This document shows positions 8,104 through 18,901 of a stretch of DNA of 41,283 nt, one piece after another. The notes under the pieces were generated by a model. It saw only the letters and a list, made by a program, of their open reading frames with translations. It had not been told where the DNA came from and ran no database searches. Location: positions 1-41,283 of the forward strand of contig JBBCGN010000003.1 in NCBI GenBank assembly GCA_037200905.1, given 5' to 3'. Numbering within the stretch: the stretch's first letter is position 1; each line of letters begins with the position of its first letter. Made by a program: the position numbers and the translations under genes. Source of the stretch: a bacterium (lineage in GTDB: Bacteria; Patescibacteriota; Minisyncoccia; Phycocordibacterales; UBA9973).

Positions 8104-8796
8104 TTATAAACTTGCCAACTCTTCTATGGTTCCAATTATATCACCCGAGTTGAAAATAGCCGAGCCGACGACGAGCCGTTCCGCCCCCGCAGCCACGAGT
8201 TCGGGCGCGGTTTCCATATTGACCGAGCCGTCGACAGAGATCAAGAGATCGGGAAACTTTTCTTTGAGAGCTTTGATCTGATCGATAGAGCGCTCGTCGA
8301 AGTCCTGTCCCTGCCACCCGACCTGTTCGATGCCCATGACCTGCACATAGTCCACGAACGGCACGAGCGGCGCGACATCTTCGATCGGCGTCGTCGTATT
8401 GAACGCCACGCCGATCTTGATGCTGTCGCGCACGTACGGGTCGATGCCTTCTAGGAAATCTTTGAAATCGCTCAAGTCTCCCACTGCCTCGGCATGAAAG
8501 ACGATCTGCTTCGGAGAGAGCTTGGTGTACACGTCGAAATTCGCTATGGCGTCGCTCACCATCAGGTCGAGCTCGAAATCCATATCTTCCCAGAACGGCA
8601 TGCCTTCCTGCTCATTGAGGATGGCGGTGAAATGCGGATCGAATGATCCGCCGTTGAACGGCCAGGTGGTATTTTTCACGAATATGCCGTCGCAGATGTC
8701 TATCTGCACGAGCGGCACCGTGCCTCGCACGAGCGAGATGCTGTTCTTCAGATCATCATAATCTTTCGGCAGTATGGCCGGGGTTATTTCTGTCAT
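8104..8796 (-). CDS. rpe: Ribulose-phosphate 3-epimerase
   Basis: ITPAIL, QIDICDGIFV, LDLMV, SVDGSVN, LVVGSAIF. Confidence 0.9.
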   Translation of the reverse strand: MTEITPAILPKDYDDLKNSISLVRGTVPLVQIDICDGIFVKNTTWPFNGGSFDPHFTAILNEQEGMPFWEDMDFELDLMVSDAIANFDVYTKLSPKQIVFHAEAVGDLSDFKDFLEGIDPYVRDSIKIGVAFNTTTPIEDVAPLVPFVDYVQVMGIEQVGWQGQDFDERSIDQIKALKEKFPDLLISVDGSVNMETAPELVAAGAERLVVGSAIFNSGDIIGTIEELASL

Positions 8797-8828
8797 GTTC
8801 CTATTATAACCCAAATGAGAGTTTATTT

Positions 8829-9299
8829 TTAGCTGTCTATTTTGGCTATTTTTGCCAAACGCCTGGCATGGCGTTCTTCGGCTTCGTACGGAGTGGCAAG
8901 CCACTTAGTGACCACTTCGATGGCTTCGGCTTCGTCGAGGTAGCGCGCGCCGAGAGAAAGCACGTTGGCATCATTGTGCTGGCGGGTACGAGTAATCATG
9001 TCAGCATCCCCGTCGATGACGAATTTCGGCGCGCCATAATATACGGCCGCACGCACGCCCTTGACCTTGTTCGCGGCGATAGCTTCGCCCTGGCCGGTAG
9101 CCCCGAGAACGATGCCTTTGCTCTCTGGATCCCTGGAGACCTCTTCGGCCACGGGAATGACGTAGTCCGGATAGTCGTCTTCCGGATCGAGCGCCAGAGC
9201 GCCCTTGTCCACCACCTCATGCCCGGCGCTCTTCAAGTGCGCCACGAGGACTTCCTTGATGCCGAACCCCGCATGATCCGTGCCGATGTAGATTTTCAT
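8829..9299 (-). CDS. rpiB: Ribose-5-phosphate isomerase B (possibly extended to ATG 9422 by an in-frame insertion)
   Basis: IYIGTDHAG, DDYPD, GATGQGEAIAANK, HNDANVLSLGAR, RHARR. Confidence 0.92.
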   Translation of the reverse strand: MKIYIGTDHAGFGIKEVLVAHLKSAGHEVVDKGALALDPEDDYPDYVIPVAEEVSRDPESKGIVLGATGQGEAIAANKVKGVRAAVYYGAPKFVIDGDADMITRTRQHNDANVLSLGARYLDEAEAIEVVTKWLATPYEAEERHARRLAKIAKIDS

Positions 9300-9417
9300 C
9301 CCGTTTAGAAGCAGGTCGCGGTTTTTTAAACCGCAATCGCTGTTTTTATTTAAAATAATAATTTTTATCATATCTTTTGAATTGTTTGCCTTAGCGCGAC
9401 CGCAGCTTCTAACGGGA
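9300..9417. mobile_element. 118-bp MITE-like element with imperfect terminal inverted repeats and 5-bp target duplication
   Basis: Left end CCCGTTTAGAAGCAGGTCGCG, right end CGCGACCGCAGCTTCTAACGGG; flanked by TTCAT at 9295-9299 and 9418-9422; AT-rich core. Confidence 0.75.
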
Positions 9418-9457
9418 TTCATTACCTCCTCATTGTAGCAAATCCAGAGATATGGGC

Positions 9458-9489
9458 AATAAAAAACACTATCTATAGAGATAGTGTTT
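9458..9489 (-). terminator. Intrinsic terminator of the 9511-10020 gene
   Basis: 11-bp stem AAACACTATCT (9464-9474)/AGATAGTGTTT (9479-9489), T-run on the minus strand. Confidence 0.75.
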
Positions 9490-9510
9490 AGTGCCACATA
9501 ATTGGACTTC

Positions 9511-10020
9511 TTAAAATTGTTTCTGAAGCTCTTGCCAAGCCATCTGCCATGCCGCGGGCGATGTTTTCGATATTCCTACAAATCCCTGCGCAGTTACAAC
9601 ATGGTCACTTTCATATATCCCGGGAAACATGTCAATAAACGCAACATCTCCCTTATTGGCAAAATCAAATTTTCTGCCAATCATATGTGAAGCGTGATTG
9701 AACGTAGATTCAAAATATCTATGCTTAGGGTGAGCAGTAAATATATTCAATCTCCCGTGTTCAGAAACCAAGACTGCTGGCAATCCTTTTCCTTTTGCAT
9801 TCATAATGATGGCGTAGCCGTTTTCGAGCTCATTTGTACGGACTCTTTCTTCATAGGGCAAATCTCTATCAGAAATCACCCCATCGACAGAATCCATAAG
9901 CTCTTCAGCTTCTTTCCTGTTCACGGCATAGACAAATCTATTGTCGGAAACAGTAGAGAAGAAGGCTTTTGCGGCATCGAGATTAGCTTGAGTATCTTCA
10001 ACAATTAGTATTGTTTTCAT
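9511..10020 (-). CDS. Orphan receiver (REC)-domain protein with short C-terminal extension, AT-rich
   Basis: KTILIVED, DGVISDRDLP (phospho-Asp position), NGY, PAVLVS. Confidence 0.75.
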   Translation of the reverse strand: MKTILIVEDTQANLDAAKAFFSTVSDNRFVYAVNRKEAEELMDSVDGVISDRDLPYEERVRTNELENGYAIIMNAKGKGLPAVLVSEHGRLNIFTAHPKHRYFESTFNHASHMIGRKFDFANKGDVAFIDMFPGIYESDHVVTAQGFVGISKTSPAAWQMAWQELQKQF

Positions 10021-10085
10021 GTTATGTAGTTTTAGATTGGTTACCGCAGACCCCATCAAGGATTTCCGGAAACCAATCAAAACTA

Positions 10086-10142
10086 TTTTGTAAAGAACCT
10101 ATACTTACTTATAAGTATACCATAGTATCGTATAAAAGTCAA
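10086..10142 (-). promoter_or_regulatory. Sigma70 promoter TTGACT-17-TATACT with boxA-like GGTTCTTTACAAAA in the leader
   Basis: -35 at 10137-10142, -10 at 10114-10119 preceded by TGG; boxA-like string at 10086-10099. Confidence 0.7.
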
Positions 10143-10147
10143 TAGAA

Positions 10148-10177
10148 CTAAAAAGCCCCATTTCTAGGGCTTTTTAG
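10148..10177 (-). terminator. Intrinsic (possibly bidirectional) terminator
   Basis: CTAAAAAGCCC/GGGCTTTTTAG 11-bp stem. Confidence 0.75.
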
Positions 10178-10196
10178 CAAATAATTAGCACAATGG

Positions 10197-10307
10197 TCAT
10201 TTCCTGAGCTTTTTAATCTTTTCCTCAAGTTCTCTCTTTTGGTGTTTCAATTCTTCTATCCGAGCTTGAGCAGTTTCCCTTTCGTTTATGTGCTTGTGTT
10301 TTTCCAT
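10197..10307 (-). CDS. Possible small coiled-coil protein; 3' end uncertain
   Basis: ATG 10307 MEKHKHINERETAQARIEELK..., 9 nt after the upstream stop; a possible indel changes the end. Confidence 0.3.
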   Translation of the reverse strand: MEKHKHINERETAQARIEELKHQKRELEEKIKKLRK

Positions 10308-10316
10308 CGATTTATT

Positions 10317-11043
10317 TTAATATCCGGCAAGCTTTCGATATTCTTCGCGCTTTAATTTTAACTCGTCATAATCTTGTTGCATCTGGGCTACTTTCTTTTT
10401 ATACCTATTTACATCATCCTGTGACATTCCATACTCATCAGGGTTATTAATCATCTCTTGGAACTCAGGAATATACTCTTCGTTGAATTTGATTCTCTTA
10501 TCAATGAGTGCTAAAGATATCTCCTCATACCTGTCAATGAATCTTTTCTCATTGAAGAGCTTTTTTCCAAGTTCGTTATTTTTCCTATTTTGACTATTAT
10601 GCATTATCAGCTTGATTGTAGTGATTGTTGTCTTTGCTTTTTCATAAAATTTCGCAAATTCTTTCTTGTCCTTATTGCTCACAATTGCTTCCATACCGAT
10701 CTGGAGCTGCATAAGCAATTTTTTAGGATCTTCTCCTCCTTTGATCTTAGGAATAAGTTTACTAGCGCCGATACTCTCAAAAAAATTTTTCCGCGTCCTT
10801 GTTTTAAGTCGCCGGTCATCATTCCACCGATTGCTGGATATTCGTCTTGCATCATGGCTGCCGTCAAAAAGAGAACGAGCTGGTCTGCTTCGACCATTTT
10901 TTTCTTCGTATTTTTTTATTGCTTCTTCATTGATCTGCTGAAACTCAGGCATGTCAAAGACAGTACGTATATCTACCACAGATTCTTTTTTTTACTAGTG
11001 CGTCTTTTGAAACTGATTGTTCTCTTTCGAAAATGTTTCGCAT
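10317..11043 (-). CDS. AT-rich Lys/Glu-rich hypothetical protein (one frameshift near the A-run at ~10990)
   Basis: ATG 11043 MRNIFEREQSVSKDALVKK joins ORF 10317..10979; coiled-coil-like C-terminus. Confidence 0.6.
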
Positions 11044-11054
11044 ATCTCTCAGGT

Positions 11055-12092
11055 TTATTTGATGGTATTCCCTGTCTTGATCACATGATCCACGAGTGTA
11101 TATGTATACCCCATCTCGTTGGTCATACCAGCCCATGACTTTGACCAGATTACCCCCCACGACGCGGGTCATAGCGAGGTCCGCGATGGATGCATGAGGG
11201 TTTCCGAGGATATCACTTGAGACGAGCGGTTCATCGGTAACGGTAAAGACTTTCGCCCAGCGCGAATCGGTTGCGGCTTTTTTTCAGGATTTCATTCACT
11301 TCTTTCAGCGGTAGTGTTTTTCTTGGAGATGAAGGTCACGTCGACAATCGAACCTGCCGGTACGGGCACGCGGATGGAGATGCCGTCAAAGAGTCCGGAG
11401 AGCGACGGATAAGCCTGGGGTCACGGGCGATAGCCGCGCCGGTAGAGCTCGGTACTATGTTTCTGCGCCGCTGCGCGGCCTTCGCGCAGATCTTTCTTAC
11501 TTGGACCGTCTACAAGGGCCTGTGAAGCAGTATAGCCGTGCACGGTGTTGAGTATGGCTTTTCTCTATGCCAAGGGCTTCATCCATGATGCCGATAAGGG
11601 TGGTGACGCGGCATTGGTAGTGCATGAAGCGTTCGAGGTGATGTCGCAGGTGCCGAATTTGTCTTCGTTGACGCCGAGCAAGATCGTCTCGCCTGGCACA
11701 GAGCCATCCCCGCCTTTTGAAGGTGCGCTGATGACTACCTTCTTTGCGCCGTCATCGATATGGAACTTCGCCTTGTCGTACGAGGTAAAGAGTCCGGTCG
11801 ATTCCACTACCACGTCGATGCCGAGATCTTTCCATGGCAATTTTGCCGTATCCTTTTCCGAGATGACTTTCACCGTCTTGCCGTCGATGACGAGATTTGT
11901 GCCGTCTACTTTCACTTCATGATTCCAGGTACGATACACTGTGTCGTATTTCAAGAGATACGCCAGGCTCTCGATAGAGCCAAGGTCGTTCACTGCCACT
12001 ACTTCTATTTCCGGTCGCTCCCAGGCGATCTTGAGGAATGCCCTGCCGATCCTGCCGAAACCGTTCACTGCCACTTTGATTTTCTTATCCAT
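11055..12092 (-). CDS. gap: Glyceraldehyde-3-phosphate dehydrogenase (type I); several indels
   Basis: [28 protein letters not shown] and VKVMGWYD spread over shifting frames; TAA at 11055. Confidence 0.92.
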
Positions 12093-12220
12093 GTGAATCT
12101 TGTATGTAAATTGTAATAGGCCCATTATACCCCATGCAAAAAAAAAATATGAAGATTCTCGCTGCGCCTGCTGGCTGCGCTGCGTGCTAGGCGCCAGAAA
12201 ACTATATCTCTTCGAGGCTT

Positions 12221-14853
12221 TTACGAAGCCGGAGTCTCTGCGGGTCCGTCGCTCGCATCGCCTGCCGGCGCACTGTCCTCAGCCGGAGGCGAATCAGCAG
12301 ATTCGGGTCCTGGGACCAACTTCATCGCCTGAATCATCCGCGGGCGGAGTAACTTCTTCATCGCTTGGCGGCGGTATTACCGTATCATCGCTCGGAGGCG
12401 TCGCATCGTCATCTGCTGGCGGAACCGTATCATCTGCTGAGCCTGATGGAGAGCCATCGTCGGACTGATTATCATTGTTCAGGCCGGTCGGCGTGAGATC
12501 AGCCTTGATCAGCAAGGCATCGAGCTTGTCCGCGCTCACGCAGCTTTCGCTGCCGTCCGACCTCTTGAGGCAGGACTTCTTTGGTGTGGGACTTTCTTGG
12601 CGAAGAAGTCGCCGATGTCGTTGCCGGCATCGCCGAACCAGCCTGCCAGCCTGGTCAGGATCGAATCATCCGCGGGCAGCGGCACATGCTTGAGATCCTC
12701 GACTTTCTTGTTCAATTCCTTGATGGCCTCGGCCAGTATCGGCGTCATCTGGGCGTAGTTGACGGAACGCATGCCGTCGATGTTTGCGGGGTGACGAGTT
12801 GCGGGAAATAGTCTTCGAGGTTCTGGGCGATGAAGCCGACCATCGGGTCGCCGTTCGGATCGGTCTTCCAGTTGTAGGTGACGGTCTGGAGATTCATGAG
12901 GTCGTCGAGAACGGTATCGGGAAGATCAGTGATGTTCGTCTTGAGGCGCTCGTCCGATGAGCAGGTGATGCCGGTGCCGGCATCGATGGAACAGGTGTTG
13001 CCGGTGCCGCCGTTGAAGACGAGGGGTGTTGATGCGGCGGAGCGTCGAACCGATCATCATCTGGTTCGAGGCGGTGTTGATGGCGCTGCCGCCGATGGGC
13101 GATAGAGTTTCTTGAAAGAATCAGGAGTTGCATTATGACCGATAGCGATAGAGAAATCATCAGAATCTGCAGTAGTGTCGATAGTGGTACCGCCACCCGC
13201 CCCTTCGCCGATAAAGACAGATCGTGCGGCATTTTCAGCGGCATATCCGGCGCTATATCCTATGAATACAGACTTGAAAGCATCCGTCGCGCCGCTACCA
13301 GCATCGAGACCGAAAAAAGTTTGAATTGCTGGCATTGGTGGCCTGAAAGCCCGCCCGAGTGCCGAAAAAGTTGGAATTGTTGGCATTGGCGGCACCATTA
13401 CCTGCACCAGTACCAAAGAAGTTGGAATGATCAGCATTTACAGCGCTTGTCAAAAGCGTGCCGTCAAAGGCGCCGGCAGCGTTGCCGATGAAGTTTGAAT
13501 TGTTGGCGTTGGTGGCGCTGAAGCCAGCACCGTTTGCCGATGAAGTTTGAATTGTTGGCTTCTGCGGGCATTGCCGCCGGCGGCGGACGGACCTATGAAG
13601 TTCGAGTCGTGAGCGTTCGTCGCGCCCGTAGCCAGTCGAGCTTGCCCGCCTGGATCAGAGGTCGGGGGCGCCGTATCGTTGCTGCCGATGAAGTTCGAGC
13701 GATAGGCACCGGTGGCGTTTGTAGCCGGCCCCCACGCCGATGAAGTTCGAGCGATGGGCATCGGTGGCCTGGAAAGCCCGCCCGAGTGCCGACAAATACC
13801 GAACCGAGAGCATTGGTAGCGTGAAATCCGGATGCATTACCAAAAAAATAGGAATCGGAAGCGCCTGAAGCCACGCTGCCGGCGCTCTGGCCGATGAAGT
13901 AGGAACGGATAGCTCCTGTAGCAGTGAGACCGGCGTTGCGTCCGATGAAAATTGCGTCGCTCGCGCCGGTCGCGCCGCTGCCGGCCGCATTACCCAAAAA
14001 GATAGAATTGGCCGCGCTCGTGGCGCCGTTGCCGGCGTTTCAGGCCGATAAATTGCGCGGTGCTCGCCCCGGACGCGTTCAGGCCGGAGTTCTGGCCGAT
14101 AAATACGGAGTTGACCGCGCTCACGGCGCCACTACCAGCGTTCTGACCGAGGGAAATTCGCGTTGTTTCGCACCGCTTGCCCCGCTACCGGCGTTCTGGC
14201 CGAAAAAGTTGGCGTTCGAGGCGCTCGTTGCCGTCGCGCCGGCATTCTGCCCGAAAAAAGTTGGGAATTGTTGGCAGCGGGAGGCATTGTTGCCGGCATG
14301 GTTGCCGAAAAAGTTTACATTATTGGCGTTTGTAGCATTGTTGCCGGCGTTGTCGCCGAAGATGTTCGAGTGTTCGGGCAATTCGTGGCCAGCGCGCCGG
14401 CGGATTGTCCGAAGAAGTTGGAATTGTTGGCGTTTGTAGCGCCCACGCCGGCAGCGTAGCCGATAAAGTTGGGAATATGCGGCATTTCCCGCGCCGCCGA
14501 AACCGCTGCCGCCGGCATTGGTGCCGATGAAGACGGCGTTGGTGGCACTCGTGGCATTTCCTTCCCGCATTGATTCCTATCAACACCGTACCGTCAGTGC
14601 TTGCCGTGCCCAGATCTGTCGGATCAGTGCCGAACCATGTCTCTGTTCCCGTGATACTGGTCGCTCCGAGATAGATGCGCACCGAGCAATGGTCGCTGCC
14701 GGGGGGTACATTTCGGGATCAAGAGTTTCTCCCTGGGAATAATATGTGGTAGGAGGTACGGCGTAGGTGATGGATGCGGCGTAGAAAAAGAGGAAGACGA
14801 TCCAAAAAAGCCAGGTTCTTGTTCCGTAATAAGAATGTGCGAAGCTTGTGCAT
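12221..14853 (-). CDS. Large exported fibre/adhesin-like protein: TM, 14-aa Gly/Asn repeats, intramolecular chaperone (Peptidase_S74-like) domain, Pro/Asp-rich tail; many indels
   Basis: N-terminal hydrophobic stretch and YSQGETLDP; repeats such as NSNFFGQNAG..ATNA; CSSDERLKTNI, GFIAQ, SVNYAQMTPILAEAIKEL; TGCTATAAT upstream. Confidence 0.8.
13190..14570 (-). repeat. Degenerate ~42-nt coding tandem repeats
   Basis: Recurrent GCCGA(T/A)(G/A)AAGTT(T/G)GAATTG units on the + strand; near-duplicated block at ~13330-13369 and ~13755-13796. Confidence 0.75.
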
Positions 14854-14944
14854 AAGATGCACGTAAATTATAGCACTATGCAACTTCCGAGTCACTAGTT
14901 TTGCAAGGCCTTCTGGGGATTACGGATATGCTATGATGGAATTC

Positions 14945-17900
14945 ATGGGCGAAAGCAGCGGAAACGGAAAAGAACGCACCGGCAGGCACGGCAAAATTCG
15001 TGCACCTGCACACCCACTCGCACTATTCCCTGCTCGACGGACTCTCGAAGATTGAAAAACTGGTCCGCCCTGGCCAAAGAATTCGGCATGCCGGCCATGG
15101 CCATCACCGACCACGGCAACATGTACGGCGCCATCGAATTCTTCAAGCTCGCGAAGAAGGAAGGCATCAAGCCCATCTTGGGCGTCGAAGCCTACGTGGC
15201 GAATCGCGGCCGCCTCGACAAGGAGCCGGGCATCGACAACAAGCGCTACCACCTCATCCTCCTCGCCAAGAACCTCACCGGCTACAAGAATCTCATCCGC
15301 CTCGTCTCCATCTCCGGCCTCGAAGGCTACTACTACAAGCCGCGCATGGACAAGGAGATCCTGCGGACATATTCCGAAGGCATCATCGCCCTCTCCGGCT
15401 GCATGGGCGGCGAGCTCTCGAGCGCCCTCATGGCAGGCAATGACGAGCATGCCGAAAGAAATCATCAGAGAGCATCAGGACATTTTCGGCAAAGGAAATT
15501 ATTTTCTCGAGGTTCAGAAACATCCGGCCCTCCAGGGCGACGCCGAGCTCCGCGCAAAATTAATTGCCCTCGGCAAAAAATTCGACATCCCGCTCGTCGC
15601 CACCATCGACTCGCACTATCCGTTGCGCCGACGATCACAAGGCCCACGAGGACCCTGCCTCGCCATCCCAGACCAACTCCGACGTGAAGAATGAGAACAA
15701 ATTCACGTTCGGCGAAGACGACTTTTCTTTCATCAGCGCGGAAAAGGCCCTGGAACTTTTCGCCGACATCCCCGAAGCGGTCACGAACACCTTGAAAGTA
15801 GCCGAGATGTGCGACGTCGAGCTCGAGCTCGGCAAGTGGGTCTTTCCCCGACTACAAGATCGAGCCCGGCAAGAGTTACGACGAGAAGATCCGCGAGCTC
15901 GCCTTTGCCGGCATGGATCGCCCTCAAACTCGAGAAGGATACAGAGCTCCTCGACCGCGTCGAATACGAGCTCGACATCATCATCAAGAAGGGCTATTCG
16001 CCGTACTTCCTCGTGGTCGGCGACCTCCTCCGCTACGCCAAGGAGCATGGCATCCTCACCACCATCCGAGGCTCGGTGGCGGGTTCCATGGTCACCTATC
16101 TCCTCGGCATTACCAACGTGAACCCTATCGAGTACAAGCTGCCCCTTCGAGCGCTTCCTGAACCCGTACCGCCCGTCCGCCCCCGATATCGACATGGACT
16201 ACGCCGACAATAGGCGCGACGAGATGATCGAATACGCCAAGCAGAAATATGGCGAGGACAAAGTGGCGCAGATCGGTACTTTCGGCACCATGATGGCCCG
16301 CGGCGCCGTGCGCGGACGTGGGCCCGGGCCCTCGCCTATCCGTATACCGTCGGCGACCGGCTCTCGAAGATGATCCCCATGGGCTCGCAGGGCATGCCCA
16401 TGACCATCGACCACGCCATGGAGCTCGTACCCGAAACTCAAGGAGGCCTACGAGAAGGAAAAGGACACCAAGGAGATCATCGACCTCGCCAAGAAGATGG
16501 AAGGCTGCGTGCGGCACATCTCGGTGCACGCCGCCGGCGTGGTTCATCGCCCCGAAGCCGATCTATGAGTACACCCCCGTCCAGCTCGACCCGAAGGGCG
16601 GCAAGATCATCACCCAGTACGACATGTATTCCATCGAGGAAGCCGGCCTCCTGAAATTCGACTTCCTCGGCATCCGCAACCTCTCCATCCTCGGGGGACG
16701 CCGTCAGCCTGGTCAAGAAATTCTACGGCGTGGGGACATCGACCTCGAAAATATTCCTCTTGATGACAAGAGGACTTTCCGGCTCCTCGCCCTCGGCCAG
16801 ACCGAAGGCCTCTTCCAGCTGAACGGCGCCGGCATGACCCGCTACCTCAAGGAGCTCCGGCCGACTTCCATCCACGACATCAACGCCATGGTGGCCCTCT
16901 CTACCGCCCGGGGCCCGATGGAATCCATCCCCGAATACATCAAGCGCAAGCACAATCCCGCCCTCGTGTCGTACCTCGATCCGCGCATGAAGAAAATTCC
17001 TGGGCGAATCCTACGGCCTCATCGTCTACCAGGGACGACCTGCTCTTCTGCGCCCTCGATCTGGCCGGCTACAACTGGGAAGAAGCCGACAAGTTCCGCA
17101 AGGGCCGTGGGCAAGAAGATCCCGGCGGAGATGGCGGCGCAGTACGAGAAATTCACCAAGGGGCGTGGGTGGCCAACGGCCAGACCAAAGCCTTCGCCGA
17201 AAAGCTCTGGAAGCTCTTCGAGCCGTTCCAGGCCTACGGATTCAACAAGGCTCACGCCGCTTCGTACGGCAAGGTGGCCTACCAGACCGCCTACATGAAG
17301 GCCCAGTATCCGGTGGGAATACATGAACGCCATCCTCACCGCCGAATCCGGCGACGCGGAGAAGGTCGGCGAGATCATCGCCGAATGCAAGAAGATGGAC
17401 ATCGCCGTCCTGCCGCCCCTCCGTCAACGAATCGTTCGGCGGCTTCACCTGCCTCGGCGCCGACCCGCTCGCGCCGGTCACGAACGACAACAGGAGCGCT
17501 TCCATCCGCTTCGGCCTCTACACCATCAAGAACCTCGGCACCGACATCGCCGACGCCGTCATCGCGGAGCGCAAGGAGCGCGGGCACTTCAAATCGATTT
17601 CCGACTTCCTCGACCGCGTCAAGCACAAGAAACCTGAACAAGAAGTCCCTCGAAGCCATGATAAAGAGCGGCGCCATGGACGACCTCGGCGAGCGCGGCA
17701 ACCTCTTCGCGAACTTGGAAGACATGCTCGCCTACAATCACGAGGCTGCCAAGCAGAACCAGAACCAGGTCTCGCTCTTCGGCGGCGCGGCCGCCATCGC
17801 TATGCCATCGTTCAAGCTGAAAGAGACGCCGCCGGCCGCGGCGGCGGAAAAAACTGCTCTGGGAAAAAGAACTGCTCGGCCTCTATATCTCGGGCCATCC

Positions 17901-18223
17901 CCCTCGACCGCCCTGCGCGAGAAATTGGAGAGCCGCGACATGAACATCAAGAAGATCCACGAAGCCGTCGGCAAACGGCATGCCGGTGACCGTCGCAGGC
18001 ATCATCGACTCGGCGCGCATCATCATCACCAAGAACAACGACCGCATGGCCTTCCTGAAGATCACCGATCTCTCCGGCACCATCGAGGCCGTTGGTCTTC
18101 CCGAAACTGTTCAAGGATCACGCCGACGTGCTCGTGGCCGAGAAATGCATCGCCGTGCAGGGCAAAGTCTCCGTCCGCAACGGCGAAAAGAGCATCGCCA
18201 TCGACGCCCTGAAAGAGATTTAA
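14945..18223 (+). CDS. dnaE: DNA polymerase III alpha subunit; many indels
   Basis: [58 protein letters not shown] and OB-fold MAFLKITD across frames. Confidence 0.95.
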
Positions 18224-18238
18224 TGATATACTCTTCGC

Positions 18239-18900
18239 ATGACTAAAAAAATCATCCTCATCCTCCTTTTGGTAGTGGGTCGCCGCCGTGGCGGTGGTGA
18301 GCTACTCGAAGCACCCGGGCGGAGCGCCGAGCAAGCTCTCCGTGGCCGAGCAGAACAAGGCCCAGTACGAAAAACTGAATGCCGGCAAGGAAGCCGTACG
18401 CCATGATCGAGAGAGAGGACCGTGCCCAAGAACCAGATGCTCGGCAAGATCCTGGCCGTCGACCAGTCGGAGATCGCCGTCGAAAAAGTCCCTCGACCTC
18501 GAATGCTTCTCCGGCTTCAACGGAGACTACGGATCGGAAAGCGTCACCTCATTGAGCGAAAAGGAGCTGGATGCGAAATACAATGCCGAGAATCTGCCCT
18601 GGTGCACCAGCTGGTCCGGCGGCAGCGGCCGTTTCTTCTCGGATACCGGCGAAGGATTCACGTATGGTTTCGACGCGGGACACCACGTTCCTGGTTGCAA
18701 GAGCGCGCGGATGCTTCCGGTACGGCCCGTGACAAAAGAGGCTTTCCTCAAGAACGTGGACGCCGGACATGCGCAGGCCCTCATCACCACAGACGGCAGC
18801 ACGGCTCGGACTGTCGAAACTGCAGTATGGAAAATAAATCCCACGTGGACATCCGATGCCCCACGTGGTGAAAAAGCTGCTTGTGTTTGTCATGCTGTCT
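18239..18900 (+). CDS. Hypothetical exported Cys-containing protein; indels, 3' end uncertain
   Basis: MTKKIILILLLVV signal/anchor; TGATATACT 6 nt upstream; coding-like frames 18288.. and 18422.. Confidence 0.5.
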
Positions 18901-18901
18901 C

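Noticed and set aside
9423-9497. rpiB N-terminal extension to 9497 as in the ORF track
   Set aside because: Runs through a terminator and the promoter; plausible starts are 9422 or 9299
12221-14853. Prophage suggested by the tail-fibre chaperone domain
   Set aside because: No integrase, terminase, capsid or lysis genes; the protein has a membrane anchor and sits between gap and dnaE
14945-18223. Programmed frameshifting or pseudogenisation of dnaE and neighbours
   Set aside because: Too many scattered indels across all genes in one zone, with intact motifs and codon bias; fits sequencing error
18840-18870. Repeated CCCACGTGG near the end of the exported-protein gene
   Set aside because: Only 9 bp, twice, in the error-prone zone; cannot be distinguished from chance or artefact
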